The notes beneath the pieces are model-generated. The model had not been told where the DNA came from and did not search any database. It was given only the letters and a program-made list of their open reading frames with translations. From Patescibacteria group bacterium (GTDB taxonomy: Bacteria > Patescibacteriota > Microgenomatia > Levybacterales > UBA12049), in the NCBI GenBank assembly GCA_041743715.1, contig JBGTMH010000045.1, forward strand, positions 18,092-82,091: a DNA stretch of 64,000 nucleotides. Direction: 5' to 3'. Below are positions 16,864 through 25,384 of this stretch, in pieces. The position numbers were made by a program, and so were the translations under genes. Each line of letters opens with the position of its first letter. Within the stretch, counting starts at the first letter, position 1.

Positions 16864-17936
16864 AAAAAATACCAGTCGGCATTTTAGGAGCAACTGGTAT
16901 GGTGGGGCAGAGGTTTGTACAACTTCTGTCCGATCATCCGTGGTTTGCTGTAAAAGTAGTAGCAGCATCACCCAGATCAGCAGGCATACCGTATAAAGAT
17001 GCGGTTTCAAATAAATGGATTTCAGAACTCCCTATCCCAAAGGAAGTCGCTGAGATGAAAATACTGGCTGTGGAAGATGATATTGATTCCATATGTCAAA
17101 GCGTCCGTCTTGTATTTTCTGCACTTGATTTGGATAAAGAAAAAATTAAGAAGATTGAAGAAGATTATGCTGCTCGTGGGGTATTTGTTGTCACGAATAA
17201 TTCAGCTCATCGGTGGACTGAGGACGTGCCGTTGATACTGCCGGAAATAAACCCGCATCTTTTAAAAATTATAGCAAGTCAGCGAAAGAAGCGGGGATGG
17301 AAGGATGGGGGAATAATTGCGAAATCAAATTGTTCTATACAATCGTACGTATCCGTTCTTGAAGCATTTAAAACATTTGAACCGATAGAAATTATTGTTA
17401 CGAAAATACAAGCGATTTCAGGAGCAGGAAAAACGTTTGCGACTTGGCCCGAAATGGTTGACAATGTTATTCCTTATATCGCTGGTGAAGAAGAAAAAAG
17501 TGAAAGAGAACCACTGAAAGTTTGGGGGACTATTAAAAATGGGAAAATTCAATCTGCAAAACTACCATTTATTTCAGCAACTTGTCTTCGAATCGCTGTA
17601 TCAGATGGCCATATGGCATCAGTAAGTGTAAAATTTAGAAAAAAGCCAACACAGAAAGATTTGATTGCAGCCATCAAACACTATAAAAATCCAATAGCAA
17701 AATTCAACTTACCATCGGCTCCCAAAGAGTTCTTAAAATATTTTGAAGAAGAGGATAGACCCCAGACAAAGTTAGATCGTGAATCTGGGAATGGGATGAC
17801 TGTAAGTGTGGGCAGGATACGCGAAGATCATGTTTTAGATTATAAATTTGTAGCGCTTTCTCATAACACAATCCGAGGAGCAGCTGGAGGCGCTGTCTTG
17901 GCAGCAGAACTTCTCAAAGTAGAGGGCTATTTATAA
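16860..17936 (+). CDS. asd: Aspartate-semialdehyde dehydrogenase
   Basis: GILGATGMVGQRF, KSNCSIQ (active-site Cys), SHNTIRGAAGGAV. Confidence 0.9.
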   Translation: MKKIPVGILGATGMVGQRFVQLLSDHPWFAVKVVAASPRSAGIPYKDAVSNKWISELPIPKEVAEMKILAVEDDIDSICQSVRLVFSALDLDKEKIKKIEEDYAARGVFVVTNNSAHRWTEDVPLILPEINPHLLKIIASQRKKRGWKDGGIIAKSNCSIQSYVSVLEAFKTFEPIEIIVTKIQAISGAGKTFATWPEMVDNVIPYIAGEEEKSEREPLKVWGTIKNGKIQSAKLPFISATCLRIAVSDGHMASVSVKFRKKPTQKDLIAAIKHYKNPIAKFNLPSAPKEFLKYFEEEDRPQTKLDRESGNGMTVSVGRIREDHVLDYKFVALSHNTIRGAAGGAVLAAELLKVEGYL

Positions 17937-17976
17937 ATGTATAGTACTTGTCATAAGAAAAGGATACAATAAGAAT

Positions 17977-20214
17977 ATGTTTTGGGCGGATGAACTACTA
18001 AAAAAGAGAAAAGGAAAAGAGTGGGTGAATGATGCATGGACACCGTCAGGCATTGTTCATATGGGTGGTTTAAAGGGACCTGTAATTCATGATGTTCTTT
18101 ATAAAATCCTCAAGGAGCAGCAAAAAGATGTGACGTATACTTTTGGTTTTGATGATTTTGATCCGATAGACGGATTACCTCCAAGTCTTCAAGAATCTCA
18201 CAAAGCATATATGGGTATCCCAACATTTTTGGCGCCGTCGCCTGACGGTAATGGAACATTTGCAGATTTTTATGGCAATAAAATGCGAGCCATGTTTAAG
18301 GCAGTCGGAATCGAGACGACTATCTATCTGGCATCAGTTAATTATAAAAAAGGTGTCTACAACGATGGCATTAAAATAATGCTTGATGGTGTCAAAAAGG
18401 TCCGTCAGGTTTATGAAGAGATGTATAAAAAATCTGTGAAGAATGATTGGTACCCACTACAAGTAATATGTCCGAAGTGCGGAAAACTGGGAACAACCAA
18501 AGTAACTGATTGGGATGGAAAGGTCGTGACTTTTACTTGTATGTCTGATCTTGTCACGTGGGCTAAGGGGTGTGAATATACCGGAAAGATTTCTCCATTT
18601 GACGGGAATGCAAAGATGCCTTGGAAACCTGAGTGGTCGGTTAAATGGTATACATTCAAAGTAACAATTGAAGGTGCTGGAAAAGATCATATGTCTGCAG
18701 GGGGGTCGTTTGAAATTGCTGCAAATATCCTCAAAGCTGTCTTTAATCAAGAACCACCTATGGAATTACCATATGAATTTTTTCTTTGGAACGGAAAAAA
18801 AATGTCTTCCTCAAAAGGGCTCGGGTTAACAGCGGAAGAGCTGTTAGAAGTTTTGCCCCCGCAGTTGGTTAGGTTTTTAATGATCAAAACTGAACCAAAT
18901 CGAGCAGTAGAATTTAATCCTAAAGGCACAGATATCATCCCAAAACTATTTGATGAATACCAAAAAGCAGCAGATGCATATTTCAAGAACGGAGATAAAG
19001 ATTTAGCGAGAGTATTTGAATTGTCACAAATTGAAAAAATAAAAAAGCCACCAGTTGTCCGCTTTTCTGTTCTCGCCCAGTGGGTGCAGATGCCAAATAT
19101 GCAGCAGAAAATTACAGAGGAAGGGCTTGAAGAATGGGCAAAGTATGCGAGAGCTTGGTTAGAAAACTATGCCCCGGATTCAGAGAAGTTTTTCGTTCAG
19201 AAAGACTTACCAGAAGCTGCCAAGGATCTAACGAATCAACAAAAAGTGCTTTTACAAAAGATAGCAGCGGAGCTAAACAAGGACTGGGATGCAGAAGCAT
19301 TCCAAACGAGACTATATGATATTGGAAAAGAAGTAGGTCTCAATGGCAAAGAAACATTTACTGCGATTTACAAGGTTTTGATTGGGAAAGATCACGGACC
19401 CAAAGCTGCATGGTTAATTTTGTCGTTGGACAAAGAGTTTGTTAAAGAACGATTTGAAGAGGCTGCAAAAGAGAATCAAGAATCAGGAAGCAAGAATCAA
19501 GATGTATTTTTAGTTACTCGTTTGAATAAACCGGAAATTTTTTCTCTGAACTCGAAGGTTAAAGAGAAATATCCTTCAATATCAATCGGTATTGCAGTTA
19601 TTAAAGGAGTTACTGTCGAAAAAACACATCCATCGCTCGAGGAGGAAAAAGAAAAATTGCTTACATCATTGGAAGGTTTCACCACTGAGCAACTCGGTCA
19701 GAATCCTGAAATTATTAGTTATCGAAAGCTCTACAAAGAGATGGGAGTTGATTGGCATTCTCGCAGACCAAGCCCCGAAGCGCTACTTCGACGGGTTGCA
19801 CTCCACAAAGGATTGTACACCATTAATACATGCGTTGATGCATACAATCTTGTTGTTATGAAACGCAGAGTTTCAGTCGGTGCATTTGATTTCGATACAA
19901 TCGAATTTCCCACTGAACTTCGTTTTGCAAAATCAGGCGCAGAAATTTTACTTCTCGGCGATACAACACCTACGAAATACAAACCAACAGAGCTCGCGTA
20001 TTCTGACCAAAAAGGCGGATATAATATCGACTTTAATTTCCGCGACACGAAACGTACTGCTGTAAATCTTGAAACAAAAAATGTCTATATCAATGTCGAT
20101 GGTGTGTACGACATTACATCTGAAGAAGTAGAAAAAGTTTTGCGAGAAGCATGTGATGCAATATTAAAATATTGTGGCGGAAGTCTTGAAACATTTGGAG
20201 TAGAAGAAGTATAG
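17977..20214 (+). CDS. lysK: Class I lysine--tRNA ligase with a C-terminal B3/4-like (PheRS-beta editing-domain-like) extension
   Basis: The first ~505 aa are class I LysRS (PSGIVHMGGLKG, zinc knuckle CPKCGK, KMSSSKG). The region from aa ~509 to 745 (YRKLYKEMGVDWHSRRPSPEALLRRVALHKGLYTINTCVDAYNLVVMKRRVSVGAFDFD) matches stand-alone B3/4 domain proteins. Confidence 0.85.
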   Translation: MFWADELLKKRKGKEWVNDAWTPSGIVHMGGLKGPVIHDVLYKILKEQQKDVTYTFGFDDFDPIDGLPPSLQESHKAYMGIPTFLAPSPDGNGTFADFYGNKMRAMFKAVGIETTIYLASVNYKKGVYNDGIKIMLDGVKKVRQVYEEMYKKSVKNDWYPLQVICPKCGKLGTTKVTDWDGKVVTFTCMSDLVTWAKGCEYTGKISPFDGNAKMPWKPEWSVKWYTFKVTIEGAGKDHMSAGGSFEIAANILKAVFNQEPPMELPYEFFLWNGKKMSSSKGLGLTAEELLEVLPPQLVRFLMIKTEPNRAVEFNPKGTDIIPKLFDEYQKAADAYFKNGDKDLARVFELSQIEKIKKPPVVRFSVLAQWVQMPNMQQKITEEGLEEWAKYARAWLENYAPDSEKFFVQKDLPEAAKDLTNQQKVLLQKIAAELNKDWDAEAFQTRLYDIGKEVGLNGKETFTAIYKVLIGKDHGPKAAWLILSLDKEFVKERFEEAAKENQESGSKNQDVFLVTRLNKPEIFSLNSKVKEKYPSISIGIAVIKGVTVEKTHPSLEEEKEKLLTSLEGFTTEQLGQNPEIISYRKLYKEMGVDWHSRRPSPEALLRRVALHKGLYTINTCVDAYNLVVMKRRVSVGAFDFDTIEFPTELRFAKSGAEILLLGDTTPTKYKPTELAYSDQKGGYNIDFNFRDTKRTAVNLETKNVYINVDGVYDITSEEVEKVLREACDAILKYCGGSLETFGVEEV

Positions 20215-20257
20215 TATGCGTCTTTACTCTTTATGCAAATAATGTTACCATTTCTGC

Positions 20258-21028
20258 ATGACTGATCTGTCGGAATATAAAAAGGTCGCAATTGATGCAG
20301 TAAGGAGAGCTGAAGAAAGAATTCTCTACTATTTCCACCATCTTCCGAAAATTGAAAAAAAAGTTAACATGACTCCCGTAACGTTGGCTGATAAAGAAGC
20401 GGAGGAAATAATTGTCGATACGATAAAGAAAAAATTTCCCACGCATGGATTTCTTGGTGAAGAATTTGGTTCTGATAATGGAACAGCAGAATTTGTATGG
20501 ATTATTGATCCAATAGATGGCACGAAGAATTTTATTCACGGAATAGATTTTTTTGGTACTGTTTTAGGTCTAAAATATCAGGGAAAAATAATCATGGGAC
20601 TTTCCAACATGCCCTCACTCAATGAATTGCTATTTGCTTCTGTACAAGAGCACACAACTTTAAATGGAAAAGAAGTTTCTGTTTCACATATAGAATCATT
20701 ACAAGACGCATTTGTAAATATAGGTGGCTTTTCTCAATTAAAGGAAAAAACTTTTCTTGATGCAGTAATTGCAATAAATGATAAAACTATTAATATGAGA
20801 GGATATGGCGACGTGCTAGGTTATCATTTAGTTGCAACAGGAAGAGCTGATGTTATGTTTGAGCCACGCACTAACCCATGGGATATCTCTGCTTACCAAA
20901 TTATTATTAAACAAGCTGGAGGAACATATTCCGATTTCAACGGCAACGAGTTAGCATTGGGACCCACTTCCCTTGCTACCAATGGACTTCTTCATAAAGA
21001 AATGCTCGAAATATTAAATGTTCAGTGA
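20258..21028 (+). CDS. Inositol monophosphatase family phosphatase (IMPase/HisN/FBPase-like)
   Basis: LGEEFG, WIIDPIDGTKNF and the WD motif near the C-terminus (NPWDISA). Confidence 0.8.
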   Translation: MTDLSEYKKVAIDAVRRAEERILYYFHHLPKIEKKVNMTPVTLADKEAEEIIVDTIKKKFPTHGFLGEEFGSDNGTAEFVWIIDPIDGTKNFIHGIDFFGTVLGLKYQGKIIMGLSNMPSLNELLFASVQEHTTLNGKEVSVSHIESLQDAFVNIGGFSQLKEKTFLDAVIAINDKTINMRGYGDVLGYHLVATGRADVMFEPRTNPWDISAYQIIIKQAGGTYSDFNGNELALGPTSLATNGLLHKEMLEILNVQ

Positions 21029-21068
21029 ATAGATTAACACAAAAGCTTACCAATGTAATCTTTAAAAT

Positions 21069-21686
21069 GTGAAAGTAAAAAAACTTCTTATTGCCACGAC
21101 AAATAAAGGAAAACTGCATGAGTTGTCCGCATTTTTGTCTGATTTGCCGGTGCAACTCGTTACACTGGCTGATTGTGGGGTTACTGATGATGTTGTAGAA
21201 GATGGGAAAACGTATCAAGAAAATTCTCAGAAAAAAGCGGTGTATTATAGTCAGAAAAGCGGGCTTGCGGCAATTGCTGATGATGGGGGTTTGGAAATTA
21301 CTGCGTTGCATGGAGAGCCGGGAATTCGATCCAGACGGTGGTTGGGTTTTGAGGCGAGTGATGAAGCATTGATTGAACACATGAAAAACATCGCAAATGA
21401 ATTACCTGATAATAATCGTCAAGCGTTTTTTAAAACAGTTGTTTCTCTTGCTTTGCCAAATGGCAAGGTATGGAGCTTCTTCGGTGAGATTGAAGGAATT
21501 ATTCCAAAAGAACCATTATTACAAGTAACAACAGGGTATCCGTATCGGTCGTTTTTCTTTCTGCCACATCTAAACAAATATTATTTTGAAAGTGAATTAA
21601 CTTCTGAGGAGATGAAGAAATATAATCACCGTTTCGAAGCAGTGCAAAAGTTAAAAAAGATTCTTATTGATGAGATTTCTCAGTAG
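21069..21686 (+). CDS. rdgB: Non-canonical purine NTP pyrophosphatase (RdgB/HAM1)
   Basis: GTG start. LIATTNKGKLHE, ADDGGLEI, GEPGIRSRRW, FFFLP...F(E)SEL. Confidence 0.85.
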   Translation: MKVKKLLIATTNKGKLHELSAFLSDLPVQLVTLADCGVTDDVVEDGKTYQENSQKKAVYYSQKSGLAAIADDGGLEITALHGEPGIRSRRWLGFEASDEALIEHMKNIANELPDNNRQAFFKTVVSLALPNGKVWSFFGEIEGIIPKEPLLQVTTGYPYRSFFFLPHLNKYYFESELTSEEMKKYNHRFEAVQKLKKILIDEISQ

Positions 21687-22035
21687 GCTTCTGACGGTTT
21701 TTCCCTTTAGCAAAAACTAAATACAATTCATAGAATGCCTTGATAAATGGTAATGTCCGCATAGCTAAAAAAAAGTCATCGTCCTGGCCAGTATCATTTT
21801 GTCTTCGGTTATTAAGCACGTGCTGGTAAATAGCATAGATAACAACTAAGAGTGCTAATGGCACTAAGGTTATACTTGGATTTCCCCTTGTCGTTTCAGA
21901 CCCAAAAATGGCCAATACGAGAAAACCAACCAGAAAAGCAAGAATGATGAATGAAAAGGCACCAATGAGAGAGCCGAGTATATATTGACTCCGGTTAGTT
22001 TTGCCTTTATATATTTTCTTAAACCAATGAAGCAT
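21664..22035 (-). CDS. Small membrane protein, DUF805-like
   Basis: 123 aa with 3 TM segments. KGKTNRSQY and NNRRQNDTGQ resemble the DUF805 G-R-x-R-x-x-Y / RRLHDxG motifs. Weak call. Confidence 0.4.
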   Translation of the reverse strand: MLHWFKKIYKGKTNRSQYILGSLIGAFSFIILAFLVGFLVLAIFGSETTRGNPSITLVPLALLVVIYAIYQHVLNNRRQNDTGQDDDFFLAMRTLPFIKAFYELYLVFAKGKNRQKPTEKSHQ

Positions 22036-22077
22036 ATAATAAAAGTATAGAAAAATGTGTTGGGCAAGTCAAATTCG

Positions 22078-22106
22078 TTGTCTTACCAAACCTCCTATGA
22101 TAAGAT
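22078..22106 (+). promoter_or_regulatory. Promoter TTGTCT-17-TAAGAT
   Basis: 17-nt spacing. The first ATG (22110) is only 3 nt after the -10 box, which favours ATG 22128 as the real start. Confidence 0.4.
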
Positions 22107-22127
22107 GAAATGTACCCATTGTACTCC

Positions 22128-22982
22128 ATGAAGAAAATTGTTTTTGTTTTTATTGCGTCATTTGTTTTGGCTTTAGGACTCTTTTTGGCAATTCAATATT
22201 ATTTAAATATAAATGCCCGGAAAGGAGCTCTTCAAGTTACATCGAATCCTGAAAGTAAAGTATATCTCAATAATAAATATTTGGGCCAAACACCGCTTTG
22301 TAAATGTGAAGCAACAGATATGCTGTCAGCTGGAGAATACACGATCCGATTGGTGCCGTTAGATAGCGAATTACGGGAGTTCCAGGAAAAAATTACTATT
22401 TCCCAGGCTGTACTTACCGTGGTTGATCGAAAGTTTGGTAAGAATGCCCTGTCAGAAGGCAGTATTATATCTCTCTCTCCGCTGATCGATCGGAAAAAAA
22501 CTGAGCTTCTTGTTGTTTCTTTCCCACAAGGTGCCGAAGTGCTCCTTGATGATGCCTTACTAGGTAATACACCGCTTCTTTCGAAAGATCCCACAGAATC
22601 CGACCATGTGTTAAAAGTCAGAAAGGAAGGATATTCTGAAAAAGAAGTACGTATCCGTACGCCTTTAGGATATAAGTTAACAGTTGCTGCATATCTCAGT
22701 ACGAATAACGCTGCACCTGCTCCGGCTGTAGATTCCACAACGCCAACGCCTTCAGAAAATACATTGTCGCCAACACCAAAAGAAGAGCGTGTTGTTATTC
22801 TCAATACTCCGACCGGCTTTCTTCGTGTCCGGTCTGCAGCTGCAACCACTGGATTTGAAGTAGGCAGAGTAAAACCGGGGGAGACATTTCCTCTGAATAT
22901 TGAACAAGATGGGTGGTTTGAGATAACGCTTACTGATGGTACCCGCGGTTGGGTCAGTTCTGATTATGCTGAAAAACAATAG
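22128..22982 (+). CDS. Membrane-anchored PEGA-domain protein with C-terminal SH3b domain
   Basis: MKKIVFVFIASFVLALGLFLAI signal anchor. Two PEGA-like units (SNPESKVYLNNKYLGQTPL, FPQGAEVLLDDALLGNTPL). C-terminal GFLRVRS...GWFEITLTDGTRGWVSSDY is SH3_3-like. Confidence 0.75.
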   Translation: MKKIVFVFIASFVLALGLFLAIQYYLNINARKGALQVTSNPESKVYLNNKYLGQTPLCKCEATDMLSAGEYTIRLVPLDSELREFQEKITISQAVLTVVDRKFGKNALSEGSIISLSPLIDRKKTELLVVSFPQGAEVLLDDALLGNTPLLSKDPTESDHVLKVRKEGYSEKEVRIRTPLGYKLTVAAYLSTNNAAPAPAVDSTTPTPSENTLSPTPKEERVVILNTPTGFLRVRSAAATTGFEVGRVKPGETFPLNIEQDGWFEITLTDGTRGWVSSDYAEKQ

Positions 22983-22984
22983 TT

Positions 22985-23929
22985 TTAATACGATTTAATG
23001 AAATAAGTCAGAATGATGACAGAGAGCACCCAGACGATAACTGAAATTAACAAAGGTTTATCTTCAAATACAAGCCGCTCTGGACTTTCTCCTTCATGTT
23101 TTTCATAAATTCTTTGCAAGTAACGCATGATGCCATAAGCAACAGGGATGATTGTTACCATAAGCCATTTTCTTTGTAAATATGTTCCTAAGATATCGGC
23201 CGGGATGAGTTCAAAATTAAATTGTATTCCTGCAGGATTTTCCAAAAAAGTAAAAAGCGCGTAAGACATAAATGTGGATGTTGCGAAAATAGAAAGATAG
23301 ACATCAAGGAGTTTATCAGTGTAATGAGAAAGCGTTTTCCGGGTTGTTAATTGTGCGCCTGGTTGATTGGATAACAATGTTATTTCAGATCGTCGTTTAC
23401 CGATTGCGAGAAAAATAGAAATTGAGATAACAGTCAAGAAAAGCCAGGCTGATATATGCGTATCACTGACAACTTCACCTGCAAAAACGCGGAGTATGTA
23501 TCCTGCAGCAAGCGTCAAAATATCAACAATTTCAATATGTTTGAGATACGCAGAGTAAGCCAAGTGCAGAACAAAATAAACAATCGTAATAACAAAGAAT
23601 GCTGGATTGAGAAAATAGCTTGCTGTTATCGCGCTGGCAGCAAGTATAGTGGCAATAATAATACCAGTACGGACGGATACATTACCATGCGCAATGGGCC
23701 GGAATTTTTTAAAAGGATGAAGTTTATCTTTTTCTACATCCAAGATATCATTGATGACATAAATTGCACTAGAAATTGCACAGAAAATAAGGAATCCAAT
23801 ACTTACTTTTTCAAGTAATATCAGATCGAAAAGTTGGCCACTAAAAAGAAGAGCGGCAAAAATAAGAAAGTTTTTAATCCACTGGCGTGGACGGAGCAGA
23901 CGGAAGATGTCACGAGCTGATTTCTTCAT
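22985..23929 (-). CDS. UbiA-family prenyltransferase, decaprenyl-phosphate phosphoribosyltransferase (DPPR synthase)-like
   Basis: LLRPRQWIKNFLIF and NDILDVEKDKLHPFKKFRPIAHG match the DPPR-synthase subfamily signature (ND..D.E.D..HP.K..RPIA). Start taken at ATG 23929. Confidence 0.75.
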   Translation of the reverse strand: MKKSARDIFRLLRPRQWIKNFLIFAALLFSGQLFDLILLEKVSIGFLIFCAISSAIYVINDILDVEKDKLHPFKKFRPIAHGNVSVRTGIIIATILAASAITASYFLNPAFFVITIVYFVLHLAYSAYLKHIEIVDILTLAAGYILRVFAGEVVSDTHISAWLFLTVISISIFLAIGKRRSEITLLSNQPGAQLTTRKTLSHYTDKLLDVYLSIFATSTFMSYALFTFLENPAGIQFNFELIPADILGTYLQRKWLMVTIIPVAYGIMRYLQRIYEKHEGESPERLVFEDKPLLISVIVWVLSVIILTYFIKSY

Positions 23930-25013
23930 TTTTTGTTTTTGTGATCCTATGTAAAAAGAGCAATGCTCCTCCTGTGATTGCAACTACCATAATAATTGCA
24001 AAAACTTTGCTTTTACTTTCAAGTGTTAATGAAAGCATACCTAATATAGCAGAGAAACACCAATAAAATAATGCAACTTGTCTTTGATTATACCCTAATT
24101 TAAGGAGAATGTGGTGAAGATGTTTTTTGTCCCCCTTAAAGGGAGATTGTTTGTTAAGAATTCTTCGTATAATAATAAAAATAAAATCAACCATAGGAAC
24201 GCCCATCACAAGAATCGCTGTTGCCAATTTCGCGCTCGTCAGAATTGAAGCGACCGCGAGCAAGAGATACAGAGACGTTGCACCAAATCCTGGGAAGATT
24301 TTGGCAGGGTGAAAATTGAAAAATAAGAAGCCAACTGCTGCACCAGCGATGATGAACGAGAGTTCTGCATCTATTGATCCTCCTTGCCCAGCAGGGTTAA
24401 GCCGAAGGCTGAGAATACCTATAACAATTGCTGAGATCGCAACAATGCCTGGCATCTGTCCATCGACTCCTTTGCTCCAGTTAATCATGTTCATTACCCA
24501 GATAAGCCAGATAACGGTAATAAGATCCGACAACAATAGCGAAAATGGTAAAAATGGCAATGAAAATTTTATGGCATCCAGATGCAAAACGCCACCACCG
24601 AATGGATTGGTAATAAAGTGAATGCTTAAGCCGCTCCCGACAACAATAACAGCTGTTAAAATATTGACCAAAAAACGAAGATAGGGAGAAACATCTTTTG
24701 ATTGTGCGTTGAGTTTATCATCAATAAGTCCGATGGAGAGTGCTAAGAACGCTGCAAAAAAAACCGAAATGGTAATGTTATTAAAAGGAAGAAAAAAAAG
24801 CGAGGTAAAGAGTGTTCCAAAAAATAACGGGATACCTCCTCCGCGTGGAATTGGTTTGGTATGAAGTATGGCTGGGTGTTTATGGATTTTGGGATCATCC
24901 CAGAGACCAAGTTTTTTGACCAAAGTGATAGAAAAAAATGTTAGCACAGAAGTAAGTAGCAACGCAGTTACGAAAGGTAAAAGTGCAACCATAGTAATAT
25001 CTCCGTTTGTCAT
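23910..25013 (-). CDS. Glycosyltransferase family 4 polyprenyl-phosphate sugar-1-phosphate transferase (MraY/WecA family)
   Basis: 367 aa, ~10 TM. IGLIDDK, NMINWSKGVDGQ and HLHH are motifs of the MraY/WecA superfamily. Confidence 0.8.
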   Translation of the reverse strand: MTNGDITMVALLPFVTALLLTSVLTFFSITLVKKLGLWDDPKIHKHPAILHTKPIPRGGGIPLFFGTLFTSLFFLPFNNITISVFFAAFLALSIGLIDDKLNAQSKDVSPYLRFLVNILTAVIVVGSGLSIHFITNPFGGGVLHLDAIKFSLPFLPFSLLLSDLITVIWLIWVMNMINWSKGVDGQMPGIVAISAIVIGILSLRLNPAGQGGSIDAELSFIIAGAAVGFLFFNFHPAKIFPGFGATSLYLLLAVASILTSAKLATAILVMGVPMVDFIFIIIRRILNKQSPFKGDKKHLHHILLKLGYNQRQVALFYWCFSAILGMLSLTLESKSKVFAIIMVVAITGGALLFLHRITKTKNEEISS

Positions 25014-25384
25014 TAAATAATTAACTGTAGCGTGCGAACAATAAGAATAAATGAAAGTAACGCTGCGAGAAGTGTGGTAATACTGAGAATTCGCGAGACG
25101 AGGGGCATGGTAGCATAGAGTTTGGCTAGGAGAAAATAATTAAAGGAAAAAAATATAACAGTTATCACAAGTGGCAGTACGATCTCAAGACGAGTTCCTA
25201 GCCTTGCTTCTCCCCAAGGCATTTGATTATAGAGTGGAATAACCGGGGGAAGTGAAAAATAAAATATGCCAAGAGATAAGGTATGAAGCAAAAGAAGCAT
25301 AAATGCCATGGTCATTGCCCAACGAATAATCTTATCTGCTTTAATATGACTAAAGACTCCGTTCATAAATTGTAGCTCCCTCAA
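25013..25384 (-). CDS. Small hypothetical membrane protein
   Basis: 123-aa ORF with 4 hydrophobic segments, tightly packed between two envelope genes. The start is uncertain (overlaps the upstream gene by 35 nt). Confidence 0.5.
   Translation of the reverse strand: MRELQFMNGVFSHIKADKIIRWAMTMAFMLLLLHTLSLGIFYFSLPPVIPLYNQMPWGEARLGTRLEIVLPLVITVIFFSFNYFLLAKLYATMPLVSRILSITTLLAALLSFILIVRTLQLII

Noticed and set aside
22232-22849. 205-aa antisense ORF opposite the PEGA/SH3 gene
   Set aside because: It is a shadow ORF of a well-supported gene with no recognisable motifs. Other shadow ORFs were rejected for the same reason: 14786-15313, 34998-35432, 35433-35732, 43872-44309, 18457-18750 and 11828-12211.
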